This document shows, one piece after another, positions 47,563 through 60,652 of a stretch of DNA of 64,000 nucleotides. A program made the position numbers and the translations under genes. The stretch is taken from assembly GCA_965116495.1 (NCBI GenBank), contig OZ220696.1, positions 4,256,001-4,320,000 on the forward strand, given 5' to 3'. Position 1 is the first letter of the stretch; every line of letters begins with the position of its first letter. The notes below the pieces were generated by a model. The model was not told where the DNA came from, made no database searches, and worked only from the letters and a program-made list of their open reading frames with translations. Source of the DNA: Gammaproteobacteria bacterium (lineage in GTDB: Bacteria > Pseudomonadota > Gammaproteobacteria > Eutrophobiales > Eutrophobiaceae).

Positions 47563-48411
47563 ATGGCTGTCTCGCTCAGAGCAGCCTTGCGTGAACTGTT
47601 GGCGGACTGGCGTACTGACCTGCCTGAGGTATGGTCACAGGTGCTGGAGGGCGTGGAGCCTGCTTTCGATGACGTGGATGCGCGACTGGAATTGCATCCC
47701 TGGGAACCCATCTTTCCGTCCCGGCGTGATTTCGTGCTGCCGGACGAACCCCCTGACGCGCACCTGTTGCGGGCCTTCGACGGTCTGGCGCCGGACGCGG
47801 TGCGCTGCGTGGTGATCGGGCAGGACCCGTATCCCGGCATCGGCTTTGCTACCGGACGGGCTTTTGAAGCCGGGGGCTATCGCTGCTGGAGTGAGTTGGA
47901 AAACATGTGGTCGCACAGCATGAGAAGCCTGATCCAATCCGTCTACGCGTTCCGTTCCGGCGACCCGGATTATGCCGCGAACATCAACAGGTGGCCGGAC
48001 GTGCTACAGGCAATCCGCGCACCAGGCAGCGGCTTCCCACCGCCGCGCCGCTTGGCGCAGGAGTGGGTGGACCAGGGCGTATTATTGCTCAATTCCAGTT
48101 TTACCCTTTCCCGCTTCTCCGTGGCGGGCGACCCCCATCAACTGCGCGGGCACCTGCCGTTGTGGCGGCCCATACTGGCGCGCCTGGTACACTACTTTTT
48201 CCGGCGCAACGCCGTGTTCCTGCTGTTTGGCGAGGTTGCGCTGAACGTAGCCTGTGCCAGTGGTGTAGTGAGGCAGGATGAGGTCGAACAGCATCCGGCC
48301 ATCGTGGCGGTGCCGCACCCGGCGGCGGACGACTTTTTACGACATCCCAACCCGTTTGTCGCCTGTAATGAGAAACTGCTTGCCACCGGCGCACGCCCGA
48401 TAAGCTGGTGA
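47563..48411 (+). CDS. Family-1 uracil-DNA glycosylase-like protein
   Basis: VVIGQDPYP, ATGRAF, WVDQGVLLLN, PHPA. Confidence 0.8.
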   Translation: MAVSLRAALRELLADWRTDLPEVWSQVLEGVEPAFDDVDARLELHPWEPIFPSRRDFVLPDEPPDAHLLRAFDGLAPDAVRCVVIGQDPYPGIGFATGRAFEAGGYRCWSELENMWSHSMRSLIQSVYAFRSGDPDYAANINRWPDVLQAIRAPGSGFPPPRRLAQEWVDQGVLLLNSSFTLSRFSVAGDPHQLRGHLPLWRPILARLVHYFFRRNAVFLLFGEVALNVACASGVVRQDEVEQHPAIVAVPHPAADDFLRHPNPFVACNEKLLATGARPISW

Positions 48412-48427
48412 GTATGACAGGGGCAGC

Positions 48428-50062
48428 ATGAACCGGGAATACGACTACATCGTGGTGGGCGCGGGTTCGGCCGGTTGCGTGCTTGCCAACCGGCTCTCGG
48501 CCGGCGGGGAGAACCGGGTGCTGTTGCTGGAGGCCGGCAGCCGGGATACGAACTACCTGTTCCGCTTGCCGATGTTAATGGGCAAGCTGATGCACTCCGG
48601 CATCTACAACTGGAACTATCACACGGAGCCTGAACCCAATCTTGCCGGCCGTGCAGTGTATTGGCCGCGCGGCAAGGCGCTGGGCGGTAGTTCAACGATC
48701 AACGGCATGATTTACGTGCGTGGCAACCCGGCCGATTACAACGGTTGGGAAGCGCTGGGTTCACCGGGCTGGTCATACGAACAAGTCCTGCCGTATTTCA
48801 AACGGTCTGAAGGACACGTGGACCGGGATGATCCGTATCATGCACACCAGGGTGAGCTGACGGTGCAACGCGCACGCGCGCAGAACCCCATGTTTGATAC
48901 GTACATCGAAGCGGGCCAGCAGGCCGGTTATCCGTTCACTGACGATTTCAACGGCGCGCGCCAGGAAGGTTTCGGGCGTTACGACTTTACGATCAGGCAC
49001 GGCAAACGTTGCAGCGCGGCCACGGCCTTTCTGGACCCGGCGCGGGAACGCAGCAATCTCACGGTGGTCACCAATGCGCTGGTGCACCGGGTTGTTTTTT
49101 CCGGCGCCCGCGCGGTCGGTGTGGCCTACCGGGTTGGTGGTAAACTCGTCGAGGCCCGGGCGGGGAAGGAGATCATCCTGGCTGCCGGGGTGGTCAATTC
49201 TCCGCACTTGCTGATGCTGTCCGGCATCGGCGACAGCGAGGAACTGGGACGGCACGGCATCCCGCTGGTGCAGCACCTGCCGGGAGTGGGTAAAAACGTG
49301 CAGGACCACGTGGATTGCTGCCTGGTGTATGAGTTCACGCAACCGGTATCGCTGTATAACGATTTGCGCATGGACAAGGTGACGCTGGGTGTGATACAGG
49401 CGGCCCTGTTCGGCACGGGGTTCATCACTACGTTCCCCTATGAAGCCGGTTCCTTCATCAAATCATCGGCCAGCCTGGAGGTCCCGGATATACAGACGCA
49501 CTTCATGCCGGCCACGGAAGCGAGTGCGAACTTGCACTGGTCGTTGCCATTCGTGCGCAAACAGGCAACCGGCGCCAATCACGGTCTGACCATCAGGGTA
49601 GGGCCGCTGAACCCCGGTAGCAGGGGCAGTATCGCGTTGCGTTCCGCCGACCCGTCCGACCCGCCCCTGATCCGCGCCAACTACCTGGCGCACCGGCGTG
49701 ACGTCGAGACCACCATCGCCGGCGTGCAACTCCTGCGCGAGGTAGTGGCGCAGCCGGCTTTTGCCGGAGTGAGAGGCCGGGAACTGGCGCCGGGTCCGGC
49801 GTATCAAACCGACAAACAACTGGCGGACTGGCTGGTGGATGCGGCCATGACGACCTTGCACCCGGTCGGTTCCTGTAAAATGGGCTCCGGCGCCGATGCC
49901 GTGGTGGATGCACAACTGCGCGTGCACGGGACCCGGGGATTGCGCGTGGCCGATGCCTCGATCATGCCGGTCATCACGCGCGGCAACACCAACGCCCCGG
50001 CTATCATGATCGCGGAGAAGGCCAGTGATATGATCCTGGATCGCCAACCTGAGGATAACTGA
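48428..50062 (+). CDS. GMC oxidoreductase (choline dehydrogenase-like)
   Basis: [32 protein letters not shown]. Confidence 0.92.
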   Translation: MNREYDYIVVGAGSAGCVLANRLSAGGENRVLLLEAGSRDTNYLFRLPMLMGKLMHSGIYNWNYHTEPEPNLAGRAVYWPRGKALGGSSTINGMIYVRGNPADYNGWEALGSPGWSYEQVLPYFKRSEGHVDRDDPYHAHQGELTVQRARAQNPMFDTYIEAGQQAGYPFTDDFNGARQEGFGRYDFTIRHGKRCSAATAFLDPARERSNLTVVTNALVHRVVFSGARAVGVAYRVGGKLVEARAGKEIILAAGVVNSPHLLMLSGIGDSEELGRHGIPLVQHLPGVGKNVQDHVDCCLVYEFTQPVSLYNDLRMDKVTLGVIQAALFGTGFITTFPYEAGSFIKSSASLEVPDIQTHFMPATEASANLHWSLPFVRKQATGANHGLTIRVGPLNPGSRGSIALRSADPSDPPLIRANYLAHRRDVETTIAGVQLLREVVAQPAFAGVRGRELAPGPAYQTDKQLADWLVDAAMTTLHPVGSCKMGSGADAVVDAQLRVHGTRGLRVADASIMPVITRGNTNAPAIMIAEKASDMILDRQPEDN

Positions 50063-50063
50063 C

Positions 50064-50384
50064 ATGATCATCGACCACCGCACCTACACCTTTCGCCCCG
50101 GCACTTTGAAACAGTGGCTGGAAAAGTACCAGACGCAAGGACTGCCGCTGCAAAAAAAGCACCTGGGACAATTCCTGGGGCTGTTCACCACCGAAGTCGG
50201 CAACCTGCACCAGGTGGTTTTCATGTGGGGATATGAAAGCATGGGAGACCGGGAGCAGCGCCGCGCGGCCATGGACGCCGACCCGGAATGGCAGCGCTTC
50301 ATCGACGAAATCTGGTCCCTGGGCATCATCCAGACACAGGAAATAAAATTTCTTCGCCCGGCTTCGTTTTCTCCCATCAAGTGA
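50064..50384 (+). CDS. NIPSNAP family protein
   Basis: DHRTYT..PG, G.L.QVV.MW.Y....[12 protein letters not shown]. Confidence 0.88.
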   Translation: MIIDHRTYTFRPGTLKQWLEKYQTQGLPLQKKHLGQFLGLFTTEVGNLHQVVFMWGYESMGDREQRRAAMDADPEWQRFIDEIWSLGIIQTQEIKFLRPASFSPIK

Positions 50385-50468
50385 TGTGTGAGGGCGTTAA
50401 TTGGAAAGAGTATTAAGGTAACGACGTAATATGGAACATCATCATTTTATTGCCGCGACGGGTTGACA

Positions 50469-51914
50469 ATGGAAAGTTCTCTGTGGAATCAGGACCTGGC
50501 CCCGACGGGAGCGCGGCAACGTACCTGGAGTTGGGTCAATATCTCGGCGCTGTGGGTGGGTATGGTGATTTCCGTCCCCGCGTACCTGCTGGCCTCGGGC
50601 CTGATGCAGGAGGGCATGGCCTGGTGGCAGGCAGTCTTGACGATATTCCTGGGTAATCTCATCGTCATGATCCCGATGTTGCTGAACGGCCATGCCGGCG
50701 CCAGGTACGGGGTACCGTTTCCGGTGTTGCTGCGCGCGTCTTTTGGCGTCGCGGGAGCAAAGTTGCCGGCCCTGTTACGCGGACTGGTGGCCTGCGGCTG
50801 GTTCGGTATCCAGACCTGGGTGGGGGGCTTCGCCATCTACCAGATACTCAATGCCGTATCCGGCGATGCGTTTGTGGGCGCGGCCACCCCGTTTATTGAC
50901 ATCGACCTGGCCCAGTTGTCCTGTTTTCTGGCGTTCTGGCTGCTGCAACTTGTCTTCATTGAGAAAGGCACGGAGTCCATTCGCTGGCTGGAGACCCTGG
51001 CTGCGCCCTTTTTGTTGCTGGCCGCGCTGGCCCTGCTAGTCTGGGCGTATGCACGCGCCGGCAGTTTTGGCGATATATTGTCGGCGCCGTCGGCATTTGT
51101 GCACGGCGGGGAACGGGAAGGAGAATTCTGGCGGGTGTTCTGGCCCGGCTTGACCGCGATGGTGGGTTTCTGGGCCACTATGTCGCTCAATATCCCGGAT
51201 TTCACCCGCTATGCACGCAGCCAACAGGACCAGTTACTCGGACAAGCGTTGGGTTTGCCCGTTCCCATGGCGCTACTGGCCCTGGTGAGCGTGTTCGTTA
51301 CCTCCGCTACCGTTCTCATCTTCGGGGAGGCAATCTGGGATCCGATCGTTATCGCCGGACGCCTGGACGGGGCCGGAGTCATCCTGGGGTTGCTGGCATT
51401 GACGATCGCGACCTTGACCACCAACCTGGCCGCGAACGTGGTCGCCCCTGCCAACGGTTTTTCCAACCTGGCGCCGGGCAGGATATCCTTCCGCCTGGGT
51501 GGCTATATCACCGCCGGGATTGGCATTGCGATCATGCCCTGGAAACTGCTGGAATCCGCCGGGGCCTATTTGTTTGTCTGGCTCATCGGTTATTCGTCCC
51601 TGTTGGGCCCTATTGCCGGGATTATGATCACAGATTATTTTTTCGTGAGAAAATGTCATCTGGATACTGCCGAGTTGTACCGGGAGCAGGGGGCGTATGC
51701 GTATACCCGGGGTTGGAATGTGTGCGCGCTGACAGCGCTGTGCCTGGGTATTGCGCCCAGCTTGCCGGGGTTTTTGCACGCGGTCGGTTTAACGGATGAT
51801 TTGCCATCCTTTTTTACCGGCTTGTATGATCATGCCTGGTTTGTCGGCGCGTTGCTGGCCGGGGCCGTTTATTATGTATTGATGCAGTTTGGTTGCCAAA
51901 GGGGATGGGCTTAA
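50469..51914 (+). CDS. NCS1 nucleobase:cation symporter
   Basis: YGVPFPVLLRASFG, WFGIQTW, NIPDFTRY, TNLAANVV. Confidence 0.93.
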   Translation: MESSLWNQDLAPTGARQRTWSWVNISALWVGMVISVPAYLLASGLMQEGMAWWQAVLTIFLGNLIVMIPMLLNGHAGARYGVPFPVLLRASFGVAGAKLPALLRGLVACGWFGIQTWVGGFAIYQILNAVSGDAFVGAATPFIDIDLAQLSCFLAFWLLQLVFIEKGTESIRWLETLAAPFLLLAALALLVWAYARAGSFGDILSAPSAFVHGGEREGEFWRVFWPGLTAMVGFWATMSLNIPDFTRYARSQQDQLLGQALGLPVPMALLALVSVFVTSATVLIFGEAIWDPIVIAGRLDGAGVILGLLALTIATLTTNLAANVVAPANGFSNLAPGRISFRLGGYITAGIGIAIMPWKLLESAGAYLFVWLIGYSSLLGPIAGIMITDYFFVRKCHLDTAELYREQGAYAYTRGWNVCALTALCLGIAPSLPGFLHAVGLTDDLPSFFTGLYDHAWFVGALLAGAVYYVLMQFGCQRGWA

Positions 51915-51948
51915 GTCCGTCCTCCTGCAAATTAAGGGGACACGTCAA

Positions 51949-52953
51949 GTGGAATTTGGTATCTGTTTCAAGGGGAATGCCAGTCCGGAGCGGGCGCGCG
52001 ACCTGGTGCGCCTGGCGGAGGACGGCGGATTTGGCTACTGCTGGTTTTATGACTCGCACATTCTCTGGCGCGATTGTTATGCCGCCATCGCCATGTGCAT
52101 GGAGCAGACCAGCATCATGCGTTTCGGACCTTGCGTGACCAACCCGAATATCAGGGACTGGTCCGTGGCTGCCAGCATGTTTGCCAGCCTAGCCCTGCAG
52201 AGCGGCGGCAGGTTTGACATCGGCCTGGGGCGGGGTGACAGTTCCATGCGGGTCATGGGCAGGAAACCGGCCACTCTTGCCCGCCTGGTCGAATTCACGG
52301 AGACGGTAAAAGCCCTGGTCCGGGGTGAGAGCGTGACCTACCCGGAATGTCCCGAGCCGGTGCAGTTCAGTTGGAGCGCAGGGTATGAACTCCCGGTATG
52401 GGTCGCCGCGTACGGCCCCAAGGCGCTGGCCACCGCCGGCCGGCACGGTGACGGCGCCATCCTGCAGATCGCAGAGCCGGCGCTGGTGGCCTGGTTCGTG
52501 CAGCAGTGCCGCAACGCCGGTGACGCAGCCGGACGGGATATGTCGGATTTCCGGGTTATGTCAGCCGCGCCCGCGTATTTCGGTTCCCGGGATGAATGTA
52601 TTGAAGCAACCCGCTGGTTCCCGGCAATGGTCGGCAACCACGTCGCCGATATTGTCGAGAAATACGGCGCAGACACCACCGCAGTGCCGCAAAGTCTGAC
52701 TGCCTACATTGAACAACGGCGCGGCTACGACTATAAAAAACACGGCCGCAACGACAACCCTTTTCTGGATTTCATAACGCCCGACATCGTCAGGAGCTTC
52801 TGCGTGCTGGGCTGCCCCGCCGACCATATTGCCAAATTAAGAGAACTGCAACAGGCCGGGGTAACGCAGTTCAATATCTACCTGGACAACGGCAGGGAAG
52901 AGGAGATTATCGCCACCTATGCGGATGCCGTTATCCCGGAGTTTGTGGATTAG
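51949..52953 (+). CDS. LLM-class (probably F420-dependent) oxidoreductase, TIGR03842-like
   Basis: WFYDSHILW, GPCVTNP, GLGRGDS, AAYGPKAL, WFPAMVGNHVAD. Confidence 0.8.
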   Translation: MEFGICFKGNASPERARDLVRLAEDGGFGYCWFYDSHILWRDCYAAIAMCMEQTSIMRFGPCVTNPNIRDWSVAASMFASLALQSGGRFDIGLGRGDSSMRVMGRKPATLARLVEFTETVKALVRGESVTYPECPEPVQFSWSAGYELPVWVAAYGPKALATAGRHGDGAILQIAEPALVAWFVQQCRNAGDAAGRDMSDFRVMSAAPAYFGSRDECIEATRWFPAMVGNHVADIVEKYGADTTAVPQSLTAYIEQRRGYDYKKHGRNDNPFLDFITPDIVRSFCVLGCPADHIAKLRELQQAGVTQFNIYLDNGREEEIIATYADAVIPEFVD

Positions 52954-53018
52954 CCGGAAAAATATATGTCGGAGTGCGCCCTCAGTGCCTCCATCCGTAT
53001 AAATCCTGCGGTATCATT

Positions 53019-53053
53019 GTTGTAATTCTTCCATGATATGGAAGAATTACAAC
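53019..53053. terminator. Perfect 16-bp hairpin between convergent operons
   Basis: GTTGTAATTCTTCCAT-gat-ATGGAAGAATTACAAC. Confidence 0.6.
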
Positions 53054-53155
53054 GTAAAATATGCGTTACCGGATGACACTGGAACTGGAAATTCGAGGCA
53101 AATAAATCATTCTTGTCAATGTGGGCAAGCGTGAGCAGGGTTATTAACCAGTGTT

Positions 53156-54691
53156 TTAGCGATTACTCGGAAACGCAAACTGCGCTTGCTCCACGGAATC
53201 TGTCGGCCAGCGTTGGCTGATGGTTTTGCGGCGGGTGTAGAAGCGGACGGAGTCGGGGCCATAGGCGCTCAGGTCGCCGAACAGGGAGCGTTTCCAGCCG
53301 CCGAAGCTGTGGCTGGCGACCGGCACCGGCAGGGGGACGTTGACGCCGACCATGCCGATGCGGACGTGGTCGGTGAAATAGCGGGCGCTGCCGCCGTCGC
53401 GGGTGAAGATGCAGGCGCCGTTGCCGTATTCGTGGTTGTCGATGAGTTGCATCGCTTCCTGTAGCGTACCTGCCCGTAATACGCATAGCACCGGGCCGAA
53501 GATTTCCTCTTGGTAGATGCGCATGTCCGGCGTTACCCGGTCAAACAGGCAGCCGCCCAGGAAGTAGCCTTCCGCTTGATGGGGTATGTTCAGCCCACGC
53601 CCGTCCACTACCAGTTCTGCGCCTTCCTCTACCCCGGAATCGACGTAGCTGCGCACTTTTTCGCAATGGGGCTGGCTGATCAGCGGCCCCATTTCATTGT
53701 TGCTGTCAACACCGGGGCCAATCTTCAGGTCCGCCACGCGCCGGGACAGTTTTGCCACCACTGCATCGGCCACCGCGTCACCCACGCATACCACCGCGGA
53801 GATGGCCATGCAACGCTCGCCGCAGGAGCCGTAGGCGGCGCCCATCAACGCGTTCACGGCATTGTCAAGATCCGCGTCCGGCATCACTACCGCGTGATTC
53901 TTGGCGCCGCCCAGCGCTTGTACCCGTTTACCGTGAGTGGTGCCGGTCCGATACACGTATTCGGCCACGGGGGTGGAACCGACAAAGCTCACTGCCTGTA
54001 CCGTGGAGTCGGTGAGCAGCGCGTCCACGGCTTCCTTGTCGCCGTGCACGACATTGAATACCCCATCCGGCAGGCCCGCTTCCTGCAGCAATTCAGCGAT
54101 ACGGGTGGGCGCGCTAGGGTCTTTTTCCGAAGGTTTCAGCACAAACGTATTGCCGCAGATGAGCGCCATGGGGTACATCCAGAGCGGCACCATGGCCGGG
54201 AAATTGAACGGCGTGATGCCGGCCACCACGCCCAGGGCTTGAAATTCCGACCAACTGTCGATGCCGGGGCCGACGTCCCTGCTGTGCTCGCCCTTCAATA
54301 ATTCCGGCGCGCCGCAGGCATACTCGACCACCTCCACGCCGCGCACAAACTCGCCGCGGGCGTCATCCAGCACCTTGCCGTGTTCCTCGGTCAGCAGGCT
54401 GACGATCTCATCGGCATGCTGCTCCAGTATTTCCTTGAAGCGGAACATGATGCGGGCGCGCTTCAGCGGCGTAGTACTGCGCCAGGTCGGCCAGGCCGCG
54501 GCAGCCGCGGCAACGGCCTGTTGCACGGTTGCCTTGCTGGCCAGCGCCACCTGGCGTACTACTTGGCCGGTGGCAGGGTTGTACACGGCCTGGGTGCGTT
54601 CGTCACCCGGCGTTACCGGTTGGCCATTGATGAAATGGCCAACCGGGGACTCGCTTTCATTCAGGTTTTCTGCTGCTTGTATTGCGGTCAT
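53156..54691 (-). CDS. mmsA: CoA-acylating (methyl)malonate-semialdehyde dehydrogenase
   Basis: ITPFNFPAMVPLW, GGAKNH, GERCMA, EIFGPV, VGVNVPLPVP. Confidence 0.93.
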   Translation of the reverse strand: MTAIQAAENLNESESPVGHFINGQPVTPGDERTQAVYNPATGQVVRQVALASKATVQQAVAAAAAAWPTWRSTTPLKRARIMFRFKEILEQHADEIVSLLTEEHGKVLDDARGEFVRGVEVVEYACGAPELLKGEHSRDVGPGIDSWSEFQALGVVAGITPFNFPAMVPLWMYPMALICGNTFVLKPSEKDPSAPTRIAELLQEAGLPDGVFNVVHGDKEAVDALLTDSTVQAVSFVGSTPVAEYVYRTGTTHGKRVQALGGAKNHAVVMPDADLDNAVNALMGAAYGSCGERCMAISAVVCVGDAVADAVVAKLSRRVADLKIGPGVDSNNEMGPLISQPHCEKVRSYVDSGVEEGAELVVDGRGLNIPHQAEGYFLGGCLFDRVTPDMRIYQEEIFGPVLCVLRAGTLQEAMQLIDNHEYGNGACIFTRDGGSARYFTDHVRIGMVGVNVPLPVPVASHSFGGWKRSLFGDLSAYGPDSVRFYTRRKTISQRWPTDSVEQAQFAFPSNR

Positions 54692-54820
54692 GGTTCACTC
54701 GGTTCTCGCTTGTAGTCATTCGCTCTTGTATTGTCTGGCAACACTTACCATTCCCGCAACGCTTGTCCCCGTATGGAGTTGAGCGGGGGTGGAAATGGTA
54801 CATCTCTCATACCATTCCCG

Positions 54821-57206
<2,386 letters not shown>

Positions 57207-57256
57207 AAATCGTCTTTCACGAGTGACACGAAGGTTCAACAAAGGTAAATTGTAAA

Positions 57257-57388
57257 CAGCAGTTCCCGCTAACGCCAGTTGGATAGCTGGGGAGCTGGGG
57301 TCAGAGTAAAAATTGGCCGACAGGTACACGTTAACCCTGGATCGCTGGGATTTTTACTCTGACCCCGGCATTTAGCGGGAATTACTGC
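57257..57388. repeat. Nested inverted repeats (GGGGTCAGAGT REP-type inside an imperfect outer IR)
   Basis: Perfect GGGGTCAGAGTAAAAAT (57297-57313) / ATTTTTACTCTGACCCC (57350-57366); outer TTCCCGCTAA/TTAGCGGGAA. Confidence 0.7.
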
Positions 57389-57424
57389 ATTATAAAAATA
57401 AACTTTATTTCTGGCAAGAATTAT

Positions 57425-57440
57425 TTTATCCTTTGGTCAA
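57425..57440. promoter_or_regulatory. Putative RutR box in the divergent promoter
   Basis: TTTATCCTTTGGTCAA, with a perfect TGGTCAA half-site. Confidence 0.55.
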
Positions 57441-57466
57441 ATATTTTTGGTTGGTTTTTATTACAA

Positions 57467-58141
57467 GTGAAACTTGAGTCGAACTCGTCCTTGTTGGCAG
57501 AGGTGGCTCCGTCCGGGCAAAAGCGGAGCAGGAAAGAGAGCCGAATCCAGGCCCGCAACAGGGAAAAAATCCTGTCTGCGGGGACGGAGATTTTCTCCTT
57601 GTACGGTTTTCGCGGGGCTACCCTGGACCAGATCGCAGCGCGGGCGCAGATGTCCAAACCGAACCTGCTGTATTATTTTTCCTCCAAGGAAGAGCTCTAC
57701 CTGGCGGTATTGAGTGATATCCTGGAGATCTGGTTACAACCCCTGAAGGAGTTGGATGAGAAGCAATCGCCGGAACACGAAATCGGCGCCTATATCGACC
57801 AGAAGATTGAATTCTCCCGGCTCTACCCCATGGCCTCGCGGGTATTCGCCAATGAGATCGCCGCCGGCGCGCCCATCCTCAAGCCGGTGCTGGATACTTA
57901 CTTGCGTGGCGTGGTAAAGAAAAAGGCCAGGGTGATACGGAAGTGGATCAAACGCGGGGAAATGGCCGATGTTGATCCCTATCACCTGATCATGATGATC
58001 TGGGCAGTGACCCAGCATTATGCCGACTTCGCCGTGCAGGTGGACTCCGTGCTGGGGAGAAACCTGGATGAGCAACGTTTTTACAACCAGACCCGGAAGA
58101 ACATCAAGCGGATTATTATGAAGGGGATACTGGGGAATTAG
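57467..58141 (+). CDS. rutR: TetR-family pyrimidine regulator RutR
   Basis: GATLDQIA...MSKPNLLYYF, SRVFANEI..GAP, IWAVTQHYADF. Confidence 0.88.
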   Translation: MKLESNSSLLAEVAPSGQKRSRKESRIQARNREKILSAGTEIFSLYGFRGATLDQIAARAQMSKPNLLYYFSSKEELYLAVLSDILEIWLQPLKELDEKQSPEHEIGAYIDQKIEFSRLYPMASRVFANEIAAGAPILKPVLDTYLRGVVKKKARVIRKWIKRGEMADVDPYHLIMMIWAVTQHYADFAVQVDSVLGRNLDEQRFYNQTRKNIKRIIMKGILGN

Positions 58142-58217
58142 GAATTACGAATTAGGAATTAGGAATTACGAATTAGGAATTAGGAATTACGAATTAGGAA
58201 TGGGAATTGGGAATTAG
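58135..58217 (+). repeat. Heptamer tandem repeat (GAATTAG GAATTAC GAATTAG)x3 plus three trailing units
   Basis: Read directly; the first unit contains the rutR TAG stop. Confidence 0.9.
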
Positions 58218-58227
58218 TCTTTCTCAG

Positions 58228-59418
58228 GTGAATAAGCGCAGGATTACCCTCACCAGTTTCCTGGCTTATTTCGTCATGTCTGCGGTCATCTCGCCGCTGG
58301 GCATTGTCAGTGCGCCGATTGCGGGGCATTATGATATTCCGGTCACCACGGCGACTGCCGGGTTCAGTTATCTTACCGCGGGGATACTGGTGGGTACCCT
58401 GGTTTCGCTGGTTATTTTCGACCTGTTCAGGCTCAAGCATATTGTGCTGAGTTGCTCAGTGCTGACCTGTGTGTCCCTGGCCTGTATTTACCTCGTCGAT
58501 AGCTACCTGTTGTTCCCCGTCTGGCTGTTCCTGGTCGGTCTGGCCTGTGGCGTGAACCTGACGGCCGCGATCATTGTCATCACCAATATCTATGACACCC
58601 GGTTGCGCGCCTCCGTGATGCTCCTGACTGATTCGTTCTACAGTATGGCAGGCGTGCTCAGCACCTGGCTGGCGGCCCGGTTCATCCTGCACCAGTTGCA
58701 TTGGGGCAGCGCCTACCTGCTGGCGTTTCTGGTGTCACTGGTTATCATCTGTATTGCCTGGTTTTCCAGCTTTCCGTCCACGTCCCGGCGGGAAGTCCCT
58801 CGCACCGACAACAGCACAGGCAAATTCTGGCCTGTTGAAATATTCCTGGTAGGCGCCGCCATCCTGGTCTACCTGACCGGTTTTGTCACCATCTATTCCT
58901 GGATCCCCAATTACACGCAGGCGCGTTTCAACCTGGATGCCGAGGTCGCGGGCGGCCTGGTCAGCCGCTTGTTCCTGGGTATGTTTATCGGCCAGTTGGT
59001 GATGTTCTGCCTGGCCCTCAAGCTGGCGCCGGCCCGGATTATCTTTGTCGCCGGGGTGCTGGCTACGCTGCTGAGCTTCAGTTTATGGAGCGCCGATAGC
59101 GCCTCTCACCTGAGTATCAGCATAGTTATCCTGGGGTTGGTGACCGGCGGCTTGCTGAAACTGATCATTGCCTTCGGCACCATATTGATAGCGTTGCCCA
59201 GTCCCAGGATGATCAGCTTCCTGATCTTCAATTCAGCCCTGGGCACTGCGCTGGCGCCGGCCCTGAGCGCCATTATCGTGGAGCAATACGACATGGTTGC
59301 CGCGCTGCGTTTTACCAGTTTATGCTATTGCGTGATGATTGCCCTGCTGGCGCTGGCGTATGTTCTGCAAAAACGGACAACGGCAAGCAGGGGAGTGGCC
59401 AATGAACCTGTCATTTGA
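58228..59418 (+). CDS. MFS transporter (TsgA/FucP-like)
   Basis: About 12 TM segments; RITLTSFLAYFV, LLTDSFYSMAG. Start is GTG 58228 or TTG 58207. Confidence 0.8.
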   Translation: MNKRRITLTSFLAYFVMSAVISPLGIVSAPIAGHYDIPVTTATAGFSYLTAGILVGTLVSLVIFDLFRLKHIVLSCSVLTCVSLACIYLVDSYLLFPVWLFLVGLACGVNLTAAIIVITNIYDTRLRASVMLLTDSFYSMAGVLSTWLAARFILHQLHWGSAYLLAFLVSLVIICIAWFSSFPSTSRREVPRTDNSTGKFWPVEIFLVGAAILVYLTGFVTIYSWIPNYTQARFNLDAEVAGGLVSRLFLGMFIGQLVMFCLALKLAPARIIFVAGVLATLLSFSLWSADSASHLSISIVILGLVTGGLLKLIIAFGTILIALPSPRMISFLIFNSALGTALAPALSAIIVEQYDMVAALRFTSLCYCVMIALLALAYVLQKRTTASRGVANEPVI

Positions 59419-60652
59419 ACCCTATTCTGCGGCATTTGCGCGCGACCCGTATCGGGTCTATGCCCGCTTGCGGGAAGAAAGCTCATTGTATTACCACGTA
59501 GCATGGGACACCTGGCTGCTGTCCCGGTACGAGGACATCAAGACGCTGGTGATGGATGCGCGCCTGGGCCGCACCATGGACCACGTGCTGACGCCGGAAG
59601 AAGTCAGTGCGTATCGTGCAAAACTGGCGTGGGACGCAGCGCCCAACCACAGTCGTTACGTGAAGGTTTCCATCATCGACAGCGAGGGTGATCTTCACGA
59701 CCGGTTAAGGAAGGCGGTATTCAGGTTGTTCACCCCCGCGCGCACCAATGATCTGCGCGGGTTTATCCAGGGGGTGATCGACCGTCAGATCGACGCGCTG
59801 GCGTCTCTGGAAGAGTTCGATTTCATTGAAGACCTGGTGGCGCCGGTGCCGGGGTTTGTCATCGGGGAGATGCTGGGTGTGCCGGAGCGGGACCGGTCGC
59901 AACTGCGCACCTGGTCGGAAAACATCGTGCAGTTCTTCGAGCCGGAACGCACTGCCGTGCACCGGCAACTGGCCGAGCAGGCCACGCTGGAGTTTGCCGC
60001 CTACCTGGAGACCCTGGTTGAGCAACGCCGTGAACAACCCGGCTCCGACCTGCTCTCCGAGATGCTCGCATGGCAGGATGGCGGCGTCCGCCTCAGCCAC
60101 GATGAGTTGTTATCAACCGCCATGACCATTCTCATGGCCGGGCACGGTTCCACCATCGACGCCGCCGGCAATGGTATGCTGGCCCTGCTGCAACACCCTG
60201 AGCAGTCCGCCGCGCTGCAAGCCGACCCGGGACTGATCCGCACCGCGGTGCAGGAAATGTTCCGTTTTGAGGCGCCGTTGCCGTATTTCCATCGCTATGC
60301 CCTGCAGGATATGACCTACGGGGGACACACCTTTCACAAGGGCGCGAAGTTCGGGTTCCTGTATGCCTCCGGCAGCCGGGATGGGGCGTGTCTTCCCGCG
60401 CCGGATACGTTCGACATCCGCCGCGACCCCAACCGTCACCTGGCCTTCGGCGGCGGCGTGCACCATTGCCTGGGCAACCACCTGGCGCGGCTGAATATGG
60501 AGATCATGTTCAACACCATAGCGCGGCGCCTGCCGGGTTTGCGGTTGGCAACGGCGCCGGATGCACTGGAATGGAAGCGCGGGATACAGAGTCGCGGTCT
60601 GGCGAAGTTGCCGGTGCTACTGCGCCCGCAACATATGCGGTTTCACCAGTAA
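59402..60652 (+). CDS. Cytochrome P450
   Basis: DPYRVYARLRE, AGHGST I-helix, ExxR (EMFR), HLAFGGGVHHCLG. Confidence 0.95.
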   Translation: MNLSFEPYSAAFARDPYRVYARLREESSLYYHVAWDTWLLSRYEDIKTLVMDARLGRTMDHVLTPEEVSAYRAKLAWDAAPNHSRYVKVSIIDSEGDLHDRLRKAVFRLFTPARTNDLRGFIQGVIDRQIDALASLEEFDFIEDLVAPVPGFVIGEMLGVPERDRSQLRTWSENIVQFFEPERTAVHRQLAEQATLEFAAYLETLVEQRREQPGSDLLSEMLAWQDGGVRLSHDELLSTAMTILMAGHGSTIDAAGNGMLALLQHPEQSAALQADPGLIRTAVQEMFRFEAPLPYFHRYALQDMTYGGHTFHKGAKFGFLYASGSRDGACLPAPDTFDIRRDPNRHLAFGGGVHHCLGNHLARLNMEIMFNTIARRLPGLRLATAPDALEWKRGIQSRGLAKLPVLLRPQHMRFHQ

